Below, piece after piece: positions 52,103 through 60,895 of a stretch of DNA of 64,000 nucleotides. Position 1 is the stretch's first letter, and each line of letters begins with the position of its first letter. The stretch covers positions 12,223 through 76,222 of the forward strand of contig CAYUZT010000006.1 of assembly GCA_964449445.1 (NCBI GenBank), written 5' to 3'. The notes beneath the pieces are model-generated. The model worked only from the letters and a program-made list of their open reading frames with translations. It was not told where the DNA came from and did not search any database. The translations under genes and the position numbers were made by a program. The DNA is from an uncultured Candidatus Peribacteria bacterium (lineage in GTDB: Bacteria > Patescibacteriota > Gracilibacteria > Peribacterales > Peribacteraceae).

Positions 52103-54346
52103 ATGGCTGGTCTGCGATTTATGCATATCGTTATTCCTCAGGGAGTCGAGGGAAGCAAGAAACTCGAATCCCGGTTTCAGGAATTGCTCGTGAACTTGTG
52201 GAATACGTTCACCGGCTCGCGCATATCCTTGGAGTTCTATGGGTACGCACAGTACACGTACTTTTACATCGTCCTCGACGAGAAACTCTATGAGACTGTG
52301 GAAGGTCTCATTTACTCAACATTCCCGGATGCCGAGGTAAAGGAAACGAAAGACTACACGTTGAACTTCGATCCCAAGAAGCAGGCGCTCGCGGGTGCGG
52401 ATATGACGCTGCATCACGCGGACATTTACCCGATCAAAACCTACGACATGTTCGAGGAAGATAGCGCCGCGCGTCTGCTCTCAGTCATCAGCAAGATCGG
52501 CCGCGACGATCAAGTATGGGTGCAGATTCTCTCGGAACCCAAGGATGATACCGGCGCGTTCCACTACCTGCGCAACTGGCGCAGGCGCCGCGCGGATGCG
52601 GGACATTTCTTTTCGCTGCGGGATCGTCTGCGCGAAGGAGGGCGTAAGGGCGTCAGTCACCGGCGCCACGAAAAGGCTGCGGAGAAAGCAGGAATCAAAC
52701 CATACCGCGTCAGCATCCGCTGCGCCTACATCGCGCCGAATGCCGCAACCGCAAGCCAGAGATTGGAAGCCGTGATGTCGAGCTTCTCGCAGTTCAACGA
52801 GAAGGACATCAACGAGATGCACGGTCATCAGACCAACAAAACAGAGAAGTTCATCGAACAGTACCGAGCGCGGATCCACGCGGTGCCGTTCATCCTGAGC
52901 GCCAAGGAAGTCGCGACGCTCTACCACTTCCCGAACGCCGATTTCGTGCCGCACATCGTCCACGTGCTCGCGCGCAAATCCGATCCGCCGCAAGATCTGC
53001 CCAAGGCAGGGGAAAGCGACGTGAGCGCGTTTGGCGTGACCAACTACCACAACAACTTTGTGCCCTTCGGGATCCGCCGAAGCGATCGACGCAGACACCT
53101 CTACACCATCGGAAAATCGGGTGCCGGAAAAAGCAAACTTCTGGAACTCCTCATACACGCAGATCTGATGAATGGTGAAGGCATCGCAGTGCTCGATCCC
53201 CACGGTGATTTGATCGACGCGATCATGCGCTACATTCCAGAGAACCGTGTGAATGACGTGGTGCTCCTGGATCCGGGAGATACGGAGTTCCCCATCGCCT
53301 TCAACCCGCTCGAAAAGGTCGACGAAGCCTTCAAGATGCAGGTGACGATTGGCTTCCTGCAGATTTTCAAGAAGCTCTTCGGCAATAACTGGAGTGATCG
53401 GCTCGAGCACGTGCTTCGCTACACGACGCTCGCTCTGCTCGATAGTCCGAATACTACCGTCCTGAGCATCCTCAAAATGCTGACGGACAAGAACTACCGC
53501 CAGAAGATCGTCTCGCGCATCCAGGATTCCGTCGTCAAGAACTTCTGGGTCGCGGAATTCGCTGCCTGGAGCGAAAAATTCGATGCTGACGCGATCACTC
53601 CCCTGCTCAACAAAGTTGGTCAGTTCGTGGCAACCAACATGATCCGTAACATCATCGGCCAGCCGAAGACCAAGTTCGACATCCGCGAGATCATGGACAA
53701 GAAGAAGATCCTGCTGATGAAAGTGTCGAAGGGACTTTTGGGTGAGGAGAACTCGTCGCTCATCGGTTCCATGTTCATCACCAAGCTCTACCAGGCCGCG
53801 ATGAGCCGCGCCGATACTGCAGAAGACAAGCGGACGGACTTTTACTTCTACGTCGATGAGTTCCAGAACTTCGCAACCGATACATTCGCAGAAATTCTGA
53901 GTGAGGCCCGCAAATACAAGTTGAATATGACGCTGGCACACCAGTACATGGGTCAATTGAACGATGTCGTTCGCAAAACCGTCTTTGGTAACGTCGGTTC
54001 CATCATCAACTTCCGCGTGGGTGCGGAAGACGCGGTGATTTTGGCTGAGGAATACACACCGGTCTTTAAGGAACGCGACATCATTAACCTGGGCGTCCGG
54101 GAGTTCTACATTAAAATGTCTGTCAGCGGAGAACTCCGCGAAGCGTTTTCGGGCCGGACGCTGGATGTGCCGAAAATTGTGAGAGATTGGACACCGGAGA
54201 TCATCGCCTCCTCGCGGCAGAAGTACTGCCTCCCGAGGGTCGACGTGGAAACGATGATGAAAAAGTGGGACGAAGCCGCCTCGGCACCGCCGAGCAAGGA
54301 GGAGCAGGCGGCAGTGGAGGAGCAATTTGAGGAGCCACTGATTTAA
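52103..54346 (+). CDS. Soluble P-loop ATPase, TraD/VirD4-like type IV coupling protein family
   Basis: Walker A TIGKSGAGKSKLLE, Walker B FYFYVDEFQNF, LAHQYMGQL; ~300-aa N-terminal domain without TM helices. Confidence 0.6.
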   Translation: MAGLRFMHIVIPQGVEGSKKLESRFQELLVNLWNTFTGSRISLEFYGYAQYTYFYIVLDEKLYETVEGLIYSTFPDAEVKETKDYTLNFDPKKQALAGADMTLHHADIYPIKTYDMFEEDSAARLLSVISKIGRDDQVWVQILSEPKDDTGAFHYLRNWRRRRADAGHFFSLRDRLREGGRKGVSHRRHEKAAEKAGIKPYRVSIRCAYIAPNAATASQRLEAVMSSFSQFNEKDINEMHGHQTNKTEKFIEQYRARIHAVPFILSAKEVATLYHFPNADFVPHIVHVLARKSDPPQDLPKAGESDVSAFGVTNYHNNFVPFGIRRSDRRRHLYTIGKSGAGKSKLLELLIHADLMNGEGIAVLDPHGDLIDAIMRYIPENRVNDVVLLDPGDTEFPIAFNPLEKVDEAFKMQVTIGFLQIFKKLFGNNWSDRLEHVLRYTTLALLDSPNTTVLSILKMLTDKNYRQKIVSRIQDSVVKNFWVAEFAAWSEKFDADAITPLLNKVGQFVATNMIRNIIGQPKTKFDIREIMDKKKILLMKVSKGLLGEENSSLIGSMFITKLYQAAMSRADTAEDKRTDFYFYVDEFQNFATDTFAEILSEARKYKLNMTLAHQYMGQLNDVVRKTVFGNVGSIINFRVGAEDAVILAEEYTPVFKERDIINLGVREFYIKMSVSGELREAFSGRTLDVPKIVRDWTPEIIASSRQKYCLPRVDVETMMKKWDEAASAPPSKEEQAAVEEQFEEPLI

Positions 54347-54422
54347 TCGGTGGCTTCCCAAAGACCTGCAGCCTTTGCAAGATACTTTTTTCACCTGTGT
54401 TTCTTAAATGGGGATATGATGA

Positions 54423-54845
54423 TTGTCGATGTCCTTGTTTCTGTTAGATCGCCTGAAGGATAATGCAGCCGAGAAAGGAAATGTTCACTCTAGAAGTGGA
54501 TTCGCAAAGACCACCTACATCACGGGTGCTGAATTTGACGAGTTTACGAAAGTTCTCAACCGGCTAGAAGAGGACGCTCAGAGAACTGGCGAAACGCACA
54601 TACGCGAATGGTGTGCACTGGCACGAACTCAGCTGAATGAACTACTTGAGCATCCGGTCATGGCTTTAGTTCGTTTGAGGTTTCTTCGTCATATCTACAA
54701 GCAATTGTTCACTGATAAACAGTCTTCAGCATTACACAGTAAAGAGAGTATGATTCCTTCTCCTTCCCTTCTCCTATGCAGCAACTCCCCTCTCGCGCAG
54801 CCTGGCTCTTCTTCTTCCGGTCGCTCATCGTTCTCTTGTTCCTGA
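54423..54845 (+). CDS. Hypothetical protein (weak)
   Basis: 140-aa ORF, TTG start, 3' end overlaps next gene by 70 nt; no motif. Confidence 0.25.
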   Translation: MSMSLFLLDRLKDNAAEKGNVHSRSGFAKTTYITGAEFDEFTKVLNRLEEDAQRTGETHIREWCALARTQLNELLEHPVMALVRLRFLRHIYKQLFTDKQSSALHSKESMIPSPSLLLCSNSPLAQPGSSSSGRSSFSCS

Positions 54846-55297
54846 CGTTCTTCATTGGAGTCTTCATCGCGGGATTTATCGCCGAGATTGGCGCAGAACT
54901 CGGCCTTTCCGAGAATGCTCTGGCATCGGTTGGAACGGGATTCTTCCTGGTCCTCCTCGCGCTCGCCGTCCTCTTCTTCATTTGGGCAAAACTGAGCGCT
55001 CACTTCTACCGCTACGAACTGCGCAGTGACGGCTTCCGCAAGGAACACGGCGTCATTAACAAGAAGTACGTGACGATTCCCTACAGCAAGATCCAGAACG
55101 TCGATATCAACCGCGGACTCCTCGCGCGCATCCTGGGCCTCTCGGATCTCCACATCCAGACGGCGGGAGCAAGCGCTACTGTCGGGCGGTACGGCATGCA
55201 GATGGGTGGTGCCGAAGGAATGTTGCCGGGTCTGGAGATCAACGTCGCGGAAGAGTTGCGCGATGAGTTGATCAAACGGTCGGAAGCGTTGCGGTGA
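54776..55297 (+). CDS. Membrane protein with bacterial PH domain (YdbS/YdbT-like, bPH_2)
   Basis: Two N-terminal TM helices then YELRSDGFRKEHGVINKKYVTIPYSKIQNVDINRGLLARILGLSDLHIQTAG. Confidence 0.75.
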   Translation: MQQLPSRAAWLFFFRSLIVLLFLTFFIGVFIAGFIAEIGAELGLSENALASVGTGFFLVLLALAVLFFIWAKLSAHFYRYELRSDGFRKEHGVINKKYVTIPYSKIQNVDINRGLLARILGLSDLHIQTAGASATVGRYGMQMGGAEGMLPGLEINVAEELRDELIKRSEALR

Positions 55298-55312
55298 GTG
55301 AGGTTCAATCAC

Positions 55313-55603
55313 TCATTTAAGCCGCATCATGCCGTTGATCGGCATCGAGCCGCCCTTCATCATCTTTCCTTTGTCGCCGCCCATTCCACTGGCAACGAGG
55401 AGCGCTGCGAGAAGGCATCCTGCAATTCCGACCCCCAGCAACCAGAGCCCGAGGGATTTGAGCTTCGGTCCCGAGAGATGCTTCACCGCCCACGCAACAA
55501 GCATGATGACGCCCGCAACAACTAATATGGGCGAGAGTTTTTGGAGGATAAACAAAAATCCGATAGAAGGACCGTAACCGCCGATGGAAAGGGGTGCCAT
55601 CAT
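55313..55603 (-). CDS. Small hydrophobic membrane protein
   Basis: 96 aa with three hydrophobic segments; directly downstream of tRNA-Val. Confidence 0.4.
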   Translation of the reverse strand: MMAPLSIGGYGPSIGFLFILQKLSPILVVAGVIMLVAWAVKHLSGPKLKSLGLWLLGVGIAGCLLAALLVASGMGGDKGKMMKGGSMPINGMMRLK

Positions 55604-55624
55604 GGGAAGAAGGGGGAAGAAATA

Positions 55625-55701
55625 TGGTGGGCAATACTGGATTCGAACCAGTGACCTTACGAATGTGAATCGTACGCTCTAACCAGCTGAGCTAATTGCC
55701 C
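55625..55701 (-). tRNA. tRNA-Val (anticodon CAC), CCA encoded
   Basis: Reverse complement folds by hand: acceptor GGGCAAT/ATTGCCC, D arm GCTC/GAGC, anticodon stem TACGA/TCGTA with loop TTCACAT, T arm ACTGG-TTCGAAT-CCAGT, then ACCA. Confidence 0.9.
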
Positions 55702-55759
55702 GGAGAGTCCAGAGTCTAGCCATACTGCCCTCTCTCTCGCAATCAGTTAGACTCTCTTC

Positions 55760-56596
55760 ATGCCCCGCCTGATCATCAACGCCGACGATTTGGGAATGAA
55801 TACCTCCCGCACACACGGGATTTTTCAGGCGTTTGAGTTCGGTATCGTTACGAATGCAACACTCATCTGTAATGGAAGTGATGCCGAAAGGACCGCGCGA
55901 CATGCGCGGGAGAAAGATCTCCCAACGGGACTGCACCTTAACCTTACGAGTGGCTCGCCCCTGAGCAGACCGCAGGATGTTTCGAGTCTGCTGGAAGGAA
56001 CCGGCGATTTTCGCGGCCGTCATGAGCAGCGTCGGGCATTGGAGAATGGTGACGTTGATCCGCTGCACATCGAACGAGAGATCCGCGCGCAGATGGAGTG
56101 GTTTTTAGAACATCACGGCGCGCCGACACATGTGGATGGCCACCATCACATCCACATTCATCCCGCCGTCACTCCCCTGCTCATCCCCATTCTCGAGCGC
56201 TACGGGATTGGCTTCGTGCGGATTCCTGCGGAAGAACCATTACCACCATACGGTTACGTGATTGAGAAAGAGCAATTGGAGGCAACACAGGCTCTTTCGC
56301 GGGAAGCCCTGCACGCAAAAACACTCTTCACTGCACATGGCATCCGTACGACGGATCACTTTCGTGGAACAACGCTGAGTGGCAACGCATCACAGAAAAA
56401 TCTCCGACATATTCTCACGCGACTGCCGGAAGGAACGACGGAGTTAATGGTCCATCCCGGCAGTCCCACTCCTATTGGCAGTGATTTCGATCTGGATCCA
56501 CAACGGCAGACGGAACTCGCGATGCTCACGAATCCCGACGTCCGGATAGTGCTGCAGGAACGGAAGATTGAATTATGTTCATTCGAAGACCTCTAG
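55760..56596 (+). CDS. YdjC/ChbG-family carbohydrate deacetylase
   Basis: LIINADDLGMNTSRTHGI N-terminus, HVDGHHHIH metal motif; TAGACT 6 nt before ATG. Confidence 0.85.
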   Translation: MPRLIINADDLGMNTSRTHGIFQAFEFGIVTNATLICNGSDAERTARHAREKDLPTGLHLNLTSGSPLSRPQDVSSLLEGTGDFRGRHEQRRALENGDVDPLHIEREIRAQMEWFLEHHGAPTHVDGHHHIHIHPAVTPLLIPILERYGIGFVRIPAEEPLPPYGYVIEKEQLEATQALSREALHAKTLFTAHGIRTTDHFRGTTLSGNASQKNLRHILTRLPEGTTELMVHPGSPTPIGSDFDLDPQRQTELAMLTNPDVRIVLQERKIELCSFEDL

Positions 56597-56611
56597 TGCT
56601 CCACTGTCTTT

Positions 56612-56827
56612 TTATTGATACTTTTCTGGCGTCGGAAATTTTGTGTCGTATAAATCAATACAATCATCGTCAGTCACCTGACCTCCGTTAATCACCGCCC
56701 TCCGTATGATTTCTCGCAGACGCGCTGACTTTCCCAACAGTCTCTTGCCTACACTGGAACTTTTTGAACCCTTATCGTCCGCCACTTGCACCTCGCGATC
56801 ATCAAGACTCTTTTTCTTGGCACACAT
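56612..56827 (-). CDS. Hypothetical small protein
   Basis: 71-aa ORF in AT-richer spacer; no motif. Confidence 0.25.
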   Translation of the reverse strand: MCAKKKSLDDREVQVADDKGSKSSSVGKRLLGKSARLREIIRRAVINGGQVTDDDCIDLYDTKFPTPEKYQ

Positions 56828-56860
56828 AGATCAAAGAGAAGTTTAGCAGAGTATACAATA

Positions 56861-57466
56861 CTAATCTTTCTTCGCAAACTCCGGATCCCTCTCTAATCGG
56901 CTCTCCTCGGGCAAAATCTGCCCCTGGTATTTACTGAACGGCTTCGCATGGTACGGAGTATCCGCCGGGCTGCTCATCTGTTCGAAGGCAATCTGGCAAA
57001 TGCGCATGCCGGGGTAGAGCGCGATCGGCATGCGGTTTAAGTTGCTGATTTCGAGGGTGATGGTTCCAGAAAATCCCGGATCGACGAAACCTGCGGTCGA
57101 GTGCACGATGATGCCGAGTCGACCGAGACTGCTCCGGCCTTCCACGCGAGCGACAAGATCATCGGGAACTGTGAGAATTTCCTGCGTGACTCCGAGCACA
57201 AACTCTCCTGGCTGCACCATATAGGGATCGCCGTCGGAAATCGTGATCATGCGCATGTTGCCCTGGAGCGTCTCCGGCCTGCGGGGATCGATGACGGCGA
57301 ACTTGCTGTGTTCGTAGAGTTTGAAGGAATTCCCGAGGTGAAAATCCATGCTGCTTGCGTGGATATGCTCCGCGTATTTGTCGGCATCGAGTTGCCCATT
57401 GGGAAACTCGATTTTCACTCTGCCTGTCTGAATTGCCAGTTTGATGTCCCTATCGGAGAGAATCAT
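56861..57466 (-). CDS. dcd: dCTP deaminase
   Basis: MILSDRDI, SSLGRLGI, GFVDPGFSGTITLEISN signatures. Confidence 0.9.
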   Translation of the reverse strand: MILSDRDIKLAIQTGRVKIEFPNGQLDADKYAEHIHASSMDFHLGNSFKLYEHSKFAVIDPRRPETLQGNMRMITISDGDPYMVQPGEFVLGVTQEILTVPDDLVARVEGRSSLGRLGIIVHSTAGFVDPGFSGTITLEISNLNRMPIALYPGMRICQIAFEQMSSPADTPYHAKPFSKYQGQILPEESRLERDPEFAKKD

Positions 57467-57548
57467 GCGCGAAGCGTAGCATTAGACCAGAAAATCTCCC
57501 AAAGTTTCTTGGCAGACAGAAGGCCTCTGCATAGACTGAGAATCCCCT

Positions 57549-59342
57549 ATGTCTACAGAAAAAAGTGAATCTACGATTGGCAGGGATGCTGTCAATGAGC
57601 TGCGGGAGCTCGCTGAGGTGCGGCGAAAGAGCCTAGCATCGATCAAAGGACGGCTCTCGTCGTCGAAAATTCTCGGAGATGCGGACATAAAAGTCTATGA
57701 AGAGGCAATGTCCGACGAACGGCTCGCAAGTGTGGGGAAAATACGGCATCAGGACAAAGTCCAATATATTCGTGAAGATATCGAAAAATCGATGGTACAG
57801 CGACTCCTTTCCGATGCGGAGAAACTGGAACGGCAATTCCGTGAAGGCATCAAGATGGCAAGCGGCAAGTGGATCAGTGAAGCAAAAGCCAATTGGTGGA
57901 TCGGGAAACTTGAAAATAAGTCGATACCGTTCCACAAGAAGCACCTGTTCATCATGAAGCAAATAAATAAAACAGAAGGCGAGGAATTCACGGACGAAAA
58001 GGCCTTCACTGCGTTCCTGAACAATTGGCGTTTCGTCGCGGAAAAAGCGGAGAAGCTTCGGGGGCATCCTCAAATGAAATACCTGACCAGCGCCGATGTC
58101 CCCGAACTCACGACATTCCAGAACGTCGGCCAATTCCTCGCACTCTCGTACAAGAAACGCAAAGCCTTGGTCAAAACCGTCGACGCGGCACTTACCGCAA
58201 AGGAGATGCAGATCCCTCAGCTCTATACGAAAGCCAAGACCATGCTCAACTGGGCGGTGCAACGGCAGGCGTTAAGCCCAAGTAAAGTCGGCAGCTGGCT
58301 CGAGCGCATTTTTAAGAGCGAGGCGAAGGCCGAAGAGATCGATCAGTTCCTGAACAACAAGGGATCAATGCCGCTGCAGAGTTTGATCGACAACTGGGCG
58401 AAGGCGAGCAAGCATTACCAGGTGATTGAAGCGAAGCGGAAGGCGCTCGGTTCCCCGCGTGGTTTCCATTTCGTGAAAATGGATGTCTTCCTGAACTGGG
58501 GATACGACCAACGCACATCTTATTTGAATGAAGCCGATAACCGCTTCACGGACATTCGGGATGAATCGTACGTGTTTCTCAAAATCCGCCACGAATTGGG
58601 AGCAAAAGACTGGGACGCGGCCGACGAGCTGATCGATAGCGTGAAGAGTGAGCTGAACGACGGCAGCCTCCTCATGAGTGAGGAAAATCGCAACAAACTT
58701 TCCGTCATGGAAAAATTCTTGCGTGAACATCGGACCGATACAAAGGAGAAAAAATCCCAAGAGAAACCATCACCGGATGATGTGATAGCGGAGATGCATG
58801 AGCTGCTCGATCAGCTGCCAGATCAGCTGAAACGCACGTATAAGAAGGCGCTCGGCAAAGGCTATCAGGCCTTCTGGGCGCTCACGACGCTCATGTACAA
58901 CCGTGTGTGGTGCCACCAGCACAATTTCCTCGATGTCGGCAGAGAGAAAACTCTGGAAAAAGACGCGAAAGAGAAAACGATCGAACGCGTCGACCAGGGG
59001 CATAACAAAAATATCGTCGAAGCGAATTACGTGAAAGGCAGTACGAACACCCGTCCGGCAATCCGTAATCAGGCAGGCGTCAGAAAGGCGCAGATTCTCT
59101 TCACCGAGGAGCGGAGCGACGAAACGATCGTGGAGGAAATTAATGCGCAGAAGAATGACCGGAATTTCTGGTACTGGACAAGTATGATCCCCCAGGGAGT
59201 GGAGTATGCGGCGCATCTCAACATCGTCCAAACACTCCACCCGCGCATGAAGAAGCTGGCACGGCAGATGGAACAGATGGGCGTACGACTGGAAGGCACT
59301 TCTCCCGTGAAGCCGGATCATATCGTGATGGCAAAGGGATAA
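57549..59342 (+). CDS. Hypothetical protein (597 aa, charged/helical)
   Basis: Long uninterrupted ORF, TAGACT 11 nt upstream; no family recognised. Confidence 0.55.
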   Translation: MSTEKSESTIGRDAVNELRELAEVRRKSLASIKGRLSSSKILGDADIKVYEEAMSDERLASVGKIRHQDKVQYIREDIEKSMVQRLLSDAEKLERQFREGIKMASGKWISEAKANWWIGKLENKSIPFHKKHLFIMKQINKTEGEEFTDEKAFTAFLNNWRFVAEKAEKLRGHPQMKYLTSADVPELTTFQNVGQFLALSYKKRKALVKTVDAALTAKEMQIPQLYTKAKTMLNWAVQRQALSPSKVGSWLERIFKSEAKAEEIDQFLNNKGSMPLQSLIDNWAKASKHYQVIEAKRKALGSPRGFHFVKMDVFLNWGYDQRTSYLNEADNRFTDIRDESYVFLKIRHELGAKDWDAADELIDSVKSELNDGSLLMSEENRNKLSVMEKFLREHRTDTKEKKSQEKPSPDDVIAEMHELLDQLPDQLKRTYKKALGKGYQAFWALTTLMYNRVWCHQHNFLDVGREKTLEKDAKEKTIERVDQGHNKNIVEANYVKGSTNTRPAIRNQAGVRKAQILFTEERSDETIVEEINAQKNDRNFWYWTSMIPQGVEYAAHLNIVQTLHPRMKKLARQMEQMGVRLEGTSPVKPDHIVMAKG

Positions 59343-59351
59343 TCTTCCTCT

Positions 59352-59390
59352 CATTGGCATCTTTGGCATCCTTGGCTTCGTTGGCTTCCT
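59352..59390 (+). repeat. Four tandem 9-bp words YNTTGGCWT
   Basis: cattggcat ctttggcat ccttggctt cgttggctt; read directly. Confidence 0.8.
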
Positions 59391-59408
59391 TCATTATGAT
59401 CCTCCCCT

Positions 59409-59999
59409 ATGAAACACCCCCTGTCCCTCGCACTCCTCAGCCTCCTCCTCGCAAGCTGCACAGCCGCAACATCCGGGCCGCACTCCCTCCCCCTCCAGGA
59501 ACGCCTCCGTAATCCGCTGGTCGCCGAGCGGTACTGGGCGGAGATGGCCGAGCACATGGCCAACTTCGTCCGGCTGAAGGATCCGATGATGAACGATCCC
59601 GCAAAAGCCGCCGTTATTGAAGCGGAGAGGACGCGCGCGCTCGATCGCGTTGCGCAGGCGAGAAAACTGAAGCACGAAGGCATGATCGGTCTGTTTGCAA
59701 AGCCCGCGGGCGAAGATACCGAGGGCGAAGTGCTGCTGAGGGGAAACACACTCTCTTTTGGGACAAGCTTCCTCAGCTATCCGAATCCTTCCGTCCGCGT
59801 CTACCTGACGACGATCATCGATCCACGGGATGCTCAATTCCCGGATGACACGAGCATCGACCTTGGCCCACTCCAAACAGCGTATGGCCCGCAGGAATAT
59901 GCAGTACCCGAGGGACAGATGAACGAAGAATTCCGCACGGCTGTGCTCTACGATACAAAGCTCGAGCGATTAATTGGGTTTGCTCAACTGAGTAGATGA
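59409..59999 (+). CDS. Hypothetical lipoprotein
   Basis: Lipobox LLLASC after signal MKHPLSLALLS; mature part unassigned. Confidence 0.55.
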   Translation: MKHPLSLALLSLLLASCTAATSGPHSLPLQERLRNPLVAERYWAEMAEHMANFVRLKDPMMNDPAKAAVIEAERTRALDRVAQARKLKHEGMIGLFAKPAGEDTEGEVLLRGNTLSFGTSFLSYPNPSVRVYLTTIIDPRDAQFPDDTSIDLGPLQTAYGPQEYAVPEGQMNEEFRTAVLYDTKLERLIGFAQLSR

Positions 60000-60074
60000 A
60001 ACAAGGGAGCAGGCTCCTGAGCCTGACGAAGGATTGCCTGCGACACCGCGGGCAGGAATGCCCGCTTCCCTTCT

Positions 60075-60665
60075 TTATAATCGCTGCCGCGCGCCCTTCA
60101 GCACCGCATCAATCGCCGCAGAGACATCATCCAGTGTGGATTCGACCTTCGCGCCGTTCACGAAGAAGCTCGGCGTGCCGAGGACATCCAGCGCGACGCC
60201 CTCGTTGTAATCGGCCATCACCGTGTCGCTCTTGATGTGCGAGCGGACGCAGCGCGAGAAGAGACTGTCGTCCTCCACAAGCGCTTCTCCCCACTCCTGG
60301 GCAGCACCCTTTGTGAGATCCGGCTGTCTTTCAAACGCGATGTCGACGAACTCCCAGAACTTCCCCTGATCCGCCGCGCACTCGGCAGCTTCGGAGAGTT
60401 CCATGGTGTGACGGTGGATGGATCGCAGCGGGAAATGCTTGAAGTCGTATCGAATCTGGTTGCCGTACTTCTGGACCAGCGGCAGCGCAATGGTCGTGTG
60501 CGCCGCGCGGCACGCGGGACATTCGAGATCGGCGTACTCGGTCACGACGACCACGGACTGCGGGTTCCCCTTGGGCGTCCGGGTCGACTGCGGCGAAATG
60601 CCGGTAGTGTCCACACAGGAGACGATGAGAACTGTGAAGGAGAGGGTGGCGAGGAGGCGTTTCAT
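60075..60665 (-). CDS. DsbA-family thiol:disulfide oxidoreductase (lipoprotein)
   Basis: Signal/lipobox LIVSC; thioredoxin active site ECPAC; GTPSFFVNG. Confidence 0.85.
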   Translation of the reverse strand: MKRLLATLSFTVLIVSCVDTTGISPQSTRTPKGNPQSVVVVTEYADLECPACRAAHTTIALPLVQKYGNQIRYDFKHFPLRSIHRHTMELSEAAECAADQGKFWEFVDIAFERQPDLTKGAAQEWGEALVEDDSLFSRCVRSHIKSDTVMADYNEGVALDVLGTPSFFVNGAKVESTLDDVSAAIDAVLKGARQRL

Positions 60666-60687
60666 AGAATTGAATCGTAGCGAAAGA

Positions 60688-60723
60688 AGCCAACGATGCC
60701 AAGGATGCCAATGAAGCCAAGGA
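60688..60723 (-). repeat. Four tandem 9-bp words (AWGCCAANG), inverse orientation of the TTGGC words
   Basis: aagccaacg atgccaagg atgccaatg aagccaagg. Confidence 0.8.
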
Positions 60724-60810
60724 AAAAGAAATCAAAGAGGACAAAGAATATGAGGATATCGTCGGTGTCGCTTCTCTTCATGTTTTTCCTTTCATTCCTT
60801 TCTTTGTCAT

Positions 60811-60837
60811 CCTTGGCTTCTTTGACTTCCTTGGCTT
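60811..60837 (+). repeat. Three tandem 9-bp words CYTTGRCTT
   Basis: ccttggctt ctttgactt ccttggctt; in DsbA/dnaX divergent spacer. Confidence 0.75.
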
Positions 60838-60895
60838 CTTTTCCCCCTAGCTTCCTTTAACTTTCTCAATCACTGAGAGTACAATTCCCTCTCCC

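Noticed and set aside
52481-54394. 637-aa ORF on the minus strand
   Set aside because: It lies entirely antisense to the ATPase gene, which has clear Walker motifs. Its translation is low-complexity and Arg/Val/His-rich with no motif. It is a typical shadow ORF.
60331-60744. ORF translating as ...SLASLASLASLAS...
   Set aside because: It is the translation of the 9-bp GCCAA word array on the minus strand and overlaps the DsbA gene. It is not a credible gene.
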